Assembly: GCA_905203475.1 (NCBI GenBank)
Contig: CAJKWD010000002.1
Coordinates: 1,658-65,657, forward strand
Length of the DNA stretch: 64,000 bases
Reading direction: 5' to 3'
Origin: an uncultured Acholeplasmataceae bacterium
GTDB taxonomy: Bacteria; Bacillota_I; Bacilli_A; RF39; UBA660
The notes beneath the pieces are model-generated. The model was not told the DNA's origin and made no database searches. It worked only from the letters and a program-made list of their open reading frames with translations. Shown piece after piece: positions 26,629-34,178 of the stretch (positions are counted from its first letter, which is position 1; each line of letters opens with the position of its first letter). Made by a program: the position numbers and the translations under genes.

Positions 26629-27009
26629 ATGAACAAGAAAAAAATAATATATTTGCTAATTGGCGCTGTTGTTGTACTGATAGTGCTTGTCATTATGATT
26701 ATATTTATGTTTAACAAAAATGAATCATCAAAAGAAAAAGAACCTAAAACAACGACTCCAAAAACACAATATACGGATACGGGTAAAGATTCAGAAGAGC
26801 CAAAGAGTACAGAAGAACAACTACAAATATTAGTAGGTGAAAATCAGTCAATAGAACGATATGAACAACAAGCAGATGGAACATATTATGTATATGTGAA
26901 GCCAAAAAAAGAAAGTAATATTCAAACAGGGTATTATGTAGTAAACTTGGATACAGAAGAAGTAGAATATCATTCGTCAGTTCAAATGACAGTAGGAAGT
27001 GAGTCTTAG
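26629..27009 (+). CDS. Single-pass membrane protein, unknown function
   Basis: GAGGTGAGG RBS. N-terminal TM segment, a Lys/Glu/Thr-rich linker and a small C-terminal domain. Probably cotranscribed with gene 3. Confidence 0.65.
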   Translation: MNKKKIIYLLIGAVVVLIVLVIMIIFMFNKNESSKEKEPKTTTPKTQYTDTGKDSEEPKSTEEQLQILVGENQSIERYEQQADGTYYVYVKPKKESNIQTGYYVVNLDTEEVEYHSSVQMTVGSES

Positions 27010-27020
27010 ACTCACTTTTT
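26998..27020 (+). terminator. Rho-independent terminator
   Basis: agtgagtc-tta-gactcact followed by TTTT. Confidence 0.8.
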
Positions 27021-27067
27021 AAATGCATAAAAAATATTAATTTACATATATTTGGTTAGGTGGTATC

Positions 27068-27301
27068 ATGCGATTATCTGATTTACAACATAAAGATGTT
27101 GTTAATATGATCGATGGAAAATTAGTTGGTAATATTATTGATGTGTCGATTAATGCCTTGAATGGGAATATGGAGAAATTAATTGTAGAGAAAAGTAAAT
27201 TTTTTGTCTCTTTATTTTCTAATAAAAATGAAATAGAGATAAAATGGGAACAAATCGAAAAAATTGGAGAAGATGTGATATTAGTTCGAATTGATTTGTG
27301 A
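27068..27301 (+). CDS. ylmC: YlmC/YmxH-family (PRC-barrel) sporulation protein
   Basis: MRLSDLQHKDVVNMIDGKLVGNIIDV....EKIGEDVILV. ylmC lies in the ylm gene cluster just downstream of sigG in Bacillus subtilis. Confidence 0.85.
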   Translation: MRLSDLQHKDVVNMIDGKLVGNIIDVSINALNGNMEKLIVEKSKFFVSLFSNKNEIEIKWEQIEKIGEDVILVRIDL

Positions 27302-27325
27302 TATAATGAAATAGGTGACTATATT

Positions 27326-27460
27326 ATGGCAATAAAAACACAGATTAAAAATGATGATGTATTAGATGAATTATTAAAGAAATATAATTTAGAATTAGTA
27401 TTAGATCCGAAAGAGCAAAAGAAGGATCAGAAAAAAGAAAAATCAAGTAAAAAACAATAG
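27326..27460 (+). CDS. Candidate 44-aa Lys-rich small protein
   Basis: AGGTGA RBS 7 nt upstream of the ATG. Below the ORF-track length cut-off. No homology recognised. Confidence 0.3.
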   Translation: MAIKTQIKNDDVLDELLKKYNLELVLDPKEQKKDQKKEKSSKKQ

Positions 27461-27474
27461 AAAGTGGTGTGGCA

Positions 27475-28494
27475 ATGAAGATATTATTACATTCAGATAA
27501 AATGAAAGAAGTAGAAAAAAGTGGTGTAGGACGTGCAATTATTCATCAACAGGAAGCTTTGAGATTAAATCATGTACCATATACATTAAATCCGAAAGAT
27601 GATTATGATATTGTTCATATTAATACTATTTTTCCAGAATCGTATTTGATGGGCAAAAGAGCGAAAAAAGCAGGTAAGAAAGTAATTTTTCATGCTCATT
27701 CGACAGAAGAAGATTTTCGCAATTCGTTTATTCTTTCAAATCAAGTGGCACCACTTTTTAAAACATGGTTGAAGAAATTATATTCTTCTGCTGATTATAT
27801 TATTACACCAACGCCTTATTCTAAAAAATTATTAGAAGGATATGATTTAGGAAAGCCAATTGTAGCAATTTCCAATGGAATTGATTTAAAATTTTATCAA
27901 AAAGGTCCTCATGATCGTGAAGATTTTAGAAAAAAATTTGGTTTTAAAGAAACAGATAAAGTGATTATGAGTGTTGGATTATATTTAGAAAGAAAAGGAA
28001 TTACAGAGTTTGTAGAACTAGCAAAACGTATGCCTGAATATCAATTTATTTGGTTTGGTTATACGAATTTAAATACAGTTCCTAGTTCTGTTAGAGAAGC
28101 TGTAACGACAAAATTAGATAATTTACACTTTCCAGGTTATTTACCTCGTGAAGAGTTAAAAAAAGCATATTTTGGCGCTGATTTATTTTTATTTATGACA
28201 CATGAAGAAACAGAAGGAATTGTATTATTAGAGGCATTAGCTTGTAAAATACCGACATTAATCCGAGACATTCCAATTTATGAAGGTTGGTTTGAAGATG
28301 GTAAAAATATTTATAAAGCGAAAACTTTAGAAGAATTTCAAGATAAAATTAAGAAGATTGTAGAACATCAATTACCAGATGTTACAGAACAAGGGTATTT
28401 AGAAGCTCAAAAGCGTGATATTAAAGAAATTGGAAAAGAATTAAAACAAGTGTATGAAAAAGTAATGGACTTAGATACAGTAGAGAATAAATAA
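27475..28494 (+). CDS. GT4-family (GT-B) glycosyltransferase
   Basis: The motif region THEETEGIVLLEALACKIP is typical of GT4. Confidence 0.85.
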   Translation: MKILLHSDKMKEVEKSGVGRAIIHQQEALRLNHVPYTLNPKDDYDIVHINTIFPESYLMGKRAKKAGKKVIFHAHSTEEDFRNSFILSNQVAPLFKTWLKKLYSSADYIITPTPYSKKLLEGYDLGKPIVAISNGIDLKFYQKGPHDREDFRKKFGFKETDKVIMSVGLYLERKGITEFVELAKRMPEYQFIWFGYTNLNTVPSSVREAVTTKLDNLHFPGYLPREELKKAYFGADLFLFMTHEETEGIVLLEALACKIPTLIRDIPIYEGWFEDGKNIYKAKTLEEFQDKIKKIVEHQLPDVTEQGYLEAQKRDIKEIGKELKQVYEKVMDLDTVENK

Positions 28495-28540
28495 TCTACT
28501 GTTTTTCTTTTGGTCATGATATAATAGAGATGGTGATTCT

Positions 28541-29068
28541 GTGATAGAAGATTTATTTCAAAAAGATGGAAGTTATAGTAGACTTGGTTTTTTATTATCA
28601 AATGAAGGTGTATTAATTCCCTTTGGTTATAGAGATGTGTATGATGTAGTTTTGAATGTAGGATATGAAAATGTTGATTATCTTTATCACAATACTTCTT
28701 TATTAGAAGAATTGAAACATAATCCTCATTTAGAAGTATTAAAAACACAAATGCAATGTGATTATGGACCAGAGTTAATTTATTCTCCTTTTTTTCCGCA
28801 AAATAATCTTTTAACCATACTTGCTCATGATTATCAAATGACGGCTTTTAAAATGGTTAATACACCTGATACAGGAGAAAAGAGAGACTTTTTAGTAATT
28901 GCACCCCATCTTAGTAGTGAAGCTTATGAGATTTTATTTACATTAAATCAAACAAAAATTTTTAAAAGGTTACAATTATGTCGATGGATACAAAGCAATG
29001 AGACATATGTTGACTATGAAACTATGGATGACTTTTTAAGTGATTATCAAACAAAGAAAAGAAAGTAG
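28541..29068 (+). CDS. Hypothetical cytoplasmic protein
   Basis: GTG start with a GGTGA RBS. No recognised motif. Confidence 0.55.
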   Translation: MIEDLFQKDGSYSRLGFLLSNEGVLIPFGYRDVYDVVLNVGYENVDYLYHNTSLLEELKHNPHLEVLKTQMQCDYGPELIYSPFFPQNNLLTILAHDYQMTAFKMVNTPDTGEKRDFLVIAPHLSSEAYEILFTLNQTKIFKRLQLCRWIQSNETYVDYETMDDFLSDYQTKKRK

Positions 29069-29075
29069 GTATTAT

Positions 29076-30086
29076 ATGCATAAGAAATTAAATATTGTAA
29101 TATGGTTTATAGCACTCTTATTAGCACTTATTTTAATTTTTATTCTTTTCTTTTCTAATAAAGTAAAATTATATGAAAAGAAATTCCGTTATTTTGATAC
29201 GGATATTACGATTCGATTCTATGAAGATGACCCAGAAAAAGTAAAAAAAGCTTGGAATAAAATACAATCTATTTATGAACAATATCATCAACTAGTCAAT
29301 GCTCATAAAGCATATGATAATATAGTAAATATTCATACAATTCGCTATAATAAAGAAGATAGTGATGTGCTTACATTACCTCCTAAGCTATATGAAATGT
29401 TAGAATATAGTCATAATTGGGTTCAAAAGAGTGGAGGTGCTTTTCAAATCAATCAAGGAGCTGTGATTGATGGTTGGAGCCGTTATTTAAAGACAGAAAA
29501 GAAAGTTCCATCCCCTGAACAAATTGATCAGTGGAAGCAAGAAGACCAACAGTCACTCGTGTTGTTAGGAGATGATCAAATTCAAAATACTCACCCAATG
29601 ATAGAGCTTGGCAAAATTCCTCTTGGATTTGCAAATGATGAAATTATAAAGTATTTGAAAAAAGAGGGAATAACTCAATATTTAATTCAAGAAGGTGGCA
29701 ATGCCACAGCAGGATTTTCTCTTGATAATAAACCGTATAAAGTAGCTTTAGAAATATTAAATAGAAATGATGTAGCGACAATAGTACGTTTAAAGAATCG
29801 TACTATTGTTACAAATGTAAGCGATATAGATAGGTATGAATATGACGGAAAAAGCTATCACCTTCTTATCGACCCAAGTACTTCATATCCAGCTGATAAA
29901 ATTGATAAGGTAACAGTAATTACGAAAGATTCTAAAACAGCTTATACGCTGAGTACAGTATTATATATGATGGATGTAGAACAGGGTAAAAAGATGATTG
30001 AAAATGTATCAGATGTTGATGTATTATGGTTAGATTCTAATGGAAAGAGAAGCTTTACAAAAGGTTTTTCCCAATATGAATCTTAA
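29076..30086 (+). CDS. apbE: FAD:protein FMN transferase (ApbE family), membrane-anchored
   Basis: FQINQGAVIDGWS, GKIPLGFANDEI, EGGNATAG and HLLIDPSTSYP match ApbE conserved blocks. Confidence 0.75.
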   Translation: MHKKLNIVIWFIALLLALILIFILFFSNKVKLYEKKFRYFDTDITIRFYEDDPEKVKKAWNKIQSIYEQYHQLVNAHKAYDNIVNIHTIRYNKEDSDVLTLPPKLYEMLEYSHNWVQKSGGAFQINQGAVIDGWSRYLKTEKKVPSPEQIDQWKQEDQQSLVLLGDDQIQNTHPMIELGKIPLGFANDEIIKYLKKEGITQYLIQEGGNATAGFSLDNKPYKVALEILNRNDVATIVRLKNRTIVTNVSDIDRYEYDGKSYHLLIDPSTSYPADKIDKVTVITKDSKTAYTLSTVLYMMDVEQGKKMIENVSDVDVLWLDSNGKRSFTKGFSQYES

Positions 30087-30137
30087 AATTATATAGTAAA
30101 GAAGAAAAAAGTTTGTTATAATAATACAGGTGGTAAT

Positions 30138-30626
30138 ATGAAAAAAATTATTGGAATTAGTTTCGCTTGTTTTTTTCTTGATCAACTGATAAAATACGTG
30201 ATTAATGAAGTAATATCACTGGAAAAAAGTGTTGCTGTGATTGGAGACTTTTTTCACCTTACTTATGTAAGAAATTATGGGGCTGCATTTAATATTTTAA
30301 ATGGAAACCGTTTCTTTTTAATTATCATTGCTTGTATTACTTTATTTATTATATATTATTTTTTAATGAGAGATCGTGTGAATAGTACATTAGAGCAGGT
30401 CGGATATGGATTATTTATTGGAGGAATTCTCGGTAATTTATGGGATCGTTTGATTCATGGTTACGTGATTGATTATTTAGATTTTGAACTCTTTCAAATT
30501 CATATGCCAATTTTTAACTATGCAGATATTTGTATTTGTATTGGTGTCTTCTTATGTGTTATTGCACTACTAAAGGAGGAGATAGGATGGAAGAATTCAC
30601 AGTCGAAGAAAAAGCTGGACGATTAG
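30138..30626 (+). CDS. lspA: Lipoprotein signal peptidase II
   Basis: YVRNYGAAFNIL, GNLWDRL..GYVIDYLDF, FNYADICI. Confidence 0.93.
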   Translation: MKKIIGISFACFFLDQLIKYVINEVISLEKSVAVIGDFFHLTYVRNYGAAFNILNGNRFFLIIIACITLFIIYYFLMRDRVNSTLEQVGYGLFIGGILGNLWDRLIHGYVIDYLDFELFQIHMPIFNYADICICIGVFLCVIALLKEEIGWKNSQSKKKLDD

Positions 30627-31480
30627 ATCAGTATGTTATGAATCTAACTGGTTTTAGTCGTACTAAGGTGCAAAAGATGATAAAAGGAAATACAATCTTA
30701 GTAAATGGAAAGCCTAGTAAGAATAGTTATCAAGTAGAAGTAGGAGATAAAATTGAAGTACAATCATTTACTGAGGAGGAAATGAGCCATGAAGCTGAAA
30801 ATATTCCTCTAGATATTGTCTACGAAGATGATGATTTATTAGTTGTTAATAAACCGAACGGAATGGTTGTTCATCCTGCAGTAGGAAATCCTCATGGAAC
30901 TTTAGTCAACGCCTTATTGTATCATTCTAAAAATTTAAGTGATATAAACGGCAATTTTCGTCCTGGAATTGTTCATAGAATTGATGCTGATACGACAGGA
31001 TTATTAGTTGTCGCAAAAAACAATGAGACACATATTGCACTTGCTGAACAATTAAAAAATAAAACAACCCATCGTAAATATATCGCACTTTGTTGGGGTG
31101 TAATAGAAGAAGATAGTGGAGATATTATTGCTCCTATTGGACGCGATTTAAAAGATCGTAAAAAAATGGCAGTTACTGATAAAAATAGTAAAGATGCAGT
31201 GACTCATTTTCGTGTTTTAGAACGATATAAGAATGCGACAAAAGTAGAATTAGAACTAGAAACTGGTAGAACCCATCAAATCCGCGTTCATATGAATTAT
31301 ATAGGTCATCCAATTATCAATGATAAAGTATATGGAAATCGCAAATTATTTGATGAAACAGGACAATGTTTACATGCTAAAACGTTAGGATTTATTCATC
31401 CTCGTACAAAGCAATATATGGAATTTGATAGTCCATTACCAGAGTGTTTCTTAAATATTGAAAAGCAATTAGAAAGATAG
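30587..31480 (+). CDS. rluD: 23S rRNA pseudouridine synthase RluD family
   Basis: S4 domain, the HRIDADTTGLLVVAK catalytic motif, and GRTHQIRVH. AGGAGG RBS. The start overlaps the lspA end by 40 nt. Confidence 0.92.
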   Translation: MEEFTVEEKAGRLDQYVMNLTGFSRTKVQKMIKGNTILVNGKPSKNSYQVEVGDKIEVQSFTEEEMSHEAENIPLDIVYEDDDLLVVNKPNGMVVHPAVGNPHGTLVNALLYHSKNLSDINGNFRPGIVHRIDADTTGLLVVAKNNETHIALAEQLKNKTTHRKYIALCWGVIEEDSGDIIAPIGRDLKDRKKMAVTDKNSKDAVTHFRVLERYKNATKVELELETGRTHQIRVHMNYIGHPIINDKVYGNRKLFDETGQCLHAKTLGFIHPRTKQYMEFDSPLPECFLNIEKQLER

Positions 31481-31488
31481 GTGATACT

Positions 31489-32676
31489 ATGGAAGAACAA
31501 GGAATGATCATCGAAACGAAAAATGATGAATTAGTGATGAAATTATTACATTATTTTATTACTGATAAAGATTATAATCCCATTGTTTTACATGGGGCCA
31601 AAAATGAAATCTGGTTAGAAAATTTGGACAGTGATTATCCCATTGTCAGAATTGTGACAGATTATATTCATAACGATGAACAATTTCAATTTGATCTATT
31701 AAAAACACGTAGTATTTTGAAAAAGATTAAAAAGAAGACAGTTTCTATGAATATGGAAATGATTTCCTTTTATTTGAACTTAGGAGATAATGTTAATTTA
31801 ATCAAAGAAAAACAAAAATTTGAACATATTTCATGTATTCCAGTGTTTGATAATTCTACATCGCAATTACAAAAGAATAAAGTTGTTTGTGAAGCATTTC
31901 CAGATTTAGTAAAACAAACGACATTTAAAGAAAAAGGTGTTGAGTTATTTATGCGTTTAACACAGGATATTACAAAGAAATCAGAAGAGGATGCAAAAGC
32001 AGCAGAAGATGTTTTCCGTATGAAAAAACCAGTTGTGACGACTGCTCTTATCTTAATTAATATTCTTGTTTTTATTTTCATGTATTTATTTGGAAATGGA
32101 TCAAATGATGTAGCAACTTTATTAAAGTTTGGGGCTAATTTGGGAGAACTTGTTAGAGCAGGGGAATTATATCGTTTAGTTACAAGTGCTTTTATTCACA
32201 TCGGTATTATTCATTTACTTGTGAATTGTTATTCTCTTTATGTAATTGGTCCGCAATTAGAAAGTTTTTTAGGAAAGTGGAAGTTTTTAGCAATTTATTT
32301 ACTGAGTGCAATTGCAGGCAATTTACTATCTATTTCATTTGGTAGCAGTTTAAAAATTAGTGCCGGAGCGAGTGGAGCAATTTTTGGTTTACTGGGTTCT
32401 TTAGTGTATTTCGGATATCACTATCGTGTTTATTTAGGAACAGTACTCCGTTCACAAATTATTCCGATTATTATTTTGAACTTGCTAGTTGGCTTTTTAA
32501 GCCCAGGTATTGATAATGCAGCACATGTTGGTGGATTAATTTCTGGTGTATTTACAACTATGGCATTAGGTATAAAAAATAAAACAACGAGAATGGATCG
32601 TATCAATGGTTGGATTGTGAGCGTTATCTTCTTTGCTTTCTTAATTTATTTAGGATTTTTTGGAGCAGTTTCTTAA
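31489..32676 (+). CDS. Rhomboid-family intramembrane serine protease with an N-terminal cytoplasmic domain
   Basis: GASGAIFGLLG (catalytic Ser), AHVGGLISG (catalytic His), and HIGIIHLLVN. Confidence 0.9.
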   Translation: MEEQGMIIETKNDELVMKLLHYFITDKDYNPIVLHGAKNEIWLENLDSDYPIVRIVTDYIHNDEQFQFDLLKTRSILKKIKKKTVSMNMEMISFYLNLGDNVNLIKEKQKFEHISCIPVFDNSTSQLQKNKVVCEAFPDLVKQTTFKEKGVELFMRLTQDITKKSEEDAKAAEDVFRMKKPVVTTALILINILVFIFMYLFGNGSNDVATLLKFGANLGELVRAGELYRLVTSAFIHIGIIHLLVNCYSLYVIGPQLESFLGKWKFLAIYLLSAIAGNLLSISFGSSLKISAGASGAIFGLLGSLVYFGYHYRVYLGTVLRSQIIPIIILNLLVGFLSPGIDNAAHVGGLISGVFTTMALGIKNKTTRMDRINGWIVSVIFFAFLIYLGFFGAVS

Positions 32677-32688
32677 AACTGCTTTTTA
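32664..32688 (+). terminator. Rho-independent terminator
   Basis: agcagttt-ctta-aaactgct followed by TTTT. Confidence 0.8.
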
Positions 32689-32714
32689 TTTACAAAAAAA
32701 CCATAGTGACTAGA

Positions 32715-33188
32715 CTATGATTCATATTCACGATATACAATATGTTCTAATGTATCATCTTTTATATTATTTTCAGCAACTTTATTTTGAATTGGGGTTT
32801 CTAGTATAGGATATGTTTGAAGATGATTGATTGCTACCCATTCAAATACGGTATCTCCATCATAAGACTGTGTATCATTTTTAAACTTATTTTCATCCAT
32901 TTGACAGAGATAATAAAAACCAATCTCGTGATATTTTGTATTGGGTGAGGCGACAAACATCTCCAATATATATTTTAATTTGTAATCTAATTTGATATGT
33001 AATTCTTCTAATAGTTCTCTTTCAATGGCATGTTTGCTATCTTCGTGGATGTCAATTCTTCCTCCTGGAAATCGATAGAGATTTTCTCTTTTTTTTTCAA
33101 TTAAAACTTTGCTGTAAGTTTCATTATAGATGATGGCTCCGACACGTACACCAAAACGTGTTCCTGGTTCTTTCATGGTAATAATCAT
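32715..33188 (-). CDS. NUDIX hydrolase
   Basis: Nudix box GGRIDIHEDSKHAIERELLEELHI. AGGAGG RBS. Confidence 0.88.
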   Translation of the reverse strand: MIITMKEPGTRFGVRVGAIIYNETYSKVLIEKKRENLYRFPGGRIDIHEDSKHAIERELLEELHIKLDYKLKYILEMFVASPNTKYHEIGFYYLCQMDENKFKNDTQSYDGDTVFEWVAINHLQTYPILETPIQNKVAENNIKDDTLEHIVYREYES

Positions 33189-33212
33189 ATATTTCCTCCT
33201 AATAAAATTGGA

Positions 33213-33830
33213 CTATAATTTACGATATAGTCCAATAGCAATTCCTAAAATAGATACTTGATCCAAGATGATTGGATCCATTGTATCATTTTCTGGTTGT
33301 AATCTAAAATAGTTTGATTCTTTATAAAATGTTTTTAAAGTTACTTCGTTTTCTTCTGTCATAGCTACTACAATTTGTCCATTACGGGCTGTATTTTGTC
33401 TTTCGACAATGACGATATCACCATCTAATATTCCTGCATTAATCATACTTTCTCCGCTAACTTTCAAAGTAAATACTTCCTTGTTTTTAGGAATTAAGTA
33501 AGCGGGTAGGGAAAAGTATTCTCCAGGATTTTGAATTGCCTCAATTGGACTTCCAGCGGTAATTTTTCCCAGTAATGGAACTTCTACTACTTCCTCTTCC
33601 TTTTTGGCATATTCATTATCGACAAGTAGTTCGATAGCACGATTTTTTGTTTCTTTTCTACGAATAACACCTTTTTCTTCTAAGTTTTCTAAATGTGCAT
33701 GAATTGTTGCTGGACTAGATACCCCTAATGATGCGCCAATTTCTCTTACAGTTGGGGGATATCCATATTTAACAATATATGATTTAATGAAGTTTAAGAT
33801 TTCATTTTGACGTTTCGTCAATTCTTTCAT
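33213..33830 (-). CDS. lexA: SOS repressor LexA
   Basis: YPPTVREIG..., the SGESM catalytic Ser and VVAMT..EVTLK Lys region, 205 aa. Confidence 0.96.
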   Translation of the reverse strand: MKELTKRQNEILNFIKSYIVKYGYPPTVREIGASLGVSSPATIHAHLENLEEKGVIRRKETKNRAIELLVDNEYAKKEEEVVEVPLLGKITAGSPIEAIQNPGEYFSLPAYLIPKNKEVFTLKVSGESMINAGILDGDIVIVERQNTARNGQIVVAMTEENEVTLKTFYKESNYFRLQPENDTMDPIILDQVSILGIAIGLYRKL

Positions 33831-33857
33831 AGGCCCCTCCTTTTACATCCTGTATAC

Positions 33858-33886
33858 AGTATAGCATGTAAAATGTAAAAAGTCAA
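33858..33886 (-). promoter_or_regulatory. lexA promoter (TTGACT-17-TATACT on the minus strand)
   Basis: -35 at 33881-33886 and -10 at 33858-33863. The degenerate LexA box overlaps the -35. Confidence 0.6.
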
Positions 33887-33897
33887 ACATTTGTTTG
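33884..33897. promoter_or_regulatory. Degenerate LexA (Cheo) box CAAACATTTGTTTG
   Basis: 8 of 10 defined positions match CGAAC-N4-GTTCG, and the two mismatches are symmetric. Confidence 0.5.
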
Positions 33898-33906
33898 TGT
33901 TTGCTA

Positions 33907-33935
33907 TTGACACGAACAAGTGTTCGTAGTAAGAT
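33907..33935 (+). promoter_or_regulatory. Promoter TTGACA-17-TAAGAT whose spacer contains the perfect LexA box
   Basis: -35 at 33907-33912 and -10 at 33930-33935. Confidence 0.6.
33913..33926. promoter_or_regulatory. Perfect LexA (Cheo) box CGAACAAGTGTTCG
   Basis: Exact match to the Gram-positive SOS-box consensus CGAAC-N4-GTTCG, located in the lexA divergent intergenic region. Confidence 0.85.
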
Positions 33936-33960
33936 AAAAACAGAAAGAGGAGGTTGTTGT

Positions 33961-34107
33961 ATGAAAGAATTATTAAAAAACAAATTTGTGATTGGATTTT
34001 TAGCTTTTATTGTAACATTTACTTATATGAGTTCAATGAGCCAACAAAAAATGGAAGAGGATGTGATGAAGTCGGAACGAGAATATGTTGCGATGAATGT
34101 AAAATAA
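33961..34107 (+). CDS. 48-aa single-TM peptide, candidate SOS-induced cell-division inhibitor (yneA/sosA position)
   Basis: GAGGAGG RBS upstream of ATG 33961. MKELLKNKFVIGFLAFIVTFTYM(TM)SSMSQQKMEEDVMKSEREYVAMNVK. Transcribed from the LexA-box promoter. Confidence 0.6.
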   Translation: MKELLKNKFVIGFLAFIVTFTYMSSMSQQKMEEDVMKSEREYVAMNVK

Positions 34108-34178
34108 TTTCTGTAGAAATCAATTTACTAATATAATCGATACATGTTATAATAAATTTAAGAATAGAGGGGATTTCT

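Noticed and set aside
17296-27067. Classical mobile element (IS, transposon, prophage, integrative island) as the explanation for the pilin insert
   Set aside because: I could find no transposase, integrase or recombinase ORF, no terminal inverted repeats and no flanking tRNA. The only long repeat is internal (968 bp, within the pilin genes).
33895-34136. Longer 70-aa version of the SOS peptide ORF and the overlapping 60-aa alternate-frame ORF (33954-34136)
   Set aside because: The 70-aa version would start upstream of the mapped -10 element and inside the LexA box and promoter. Only ATG 33961 has a strong RBS. The alternate frame has none.
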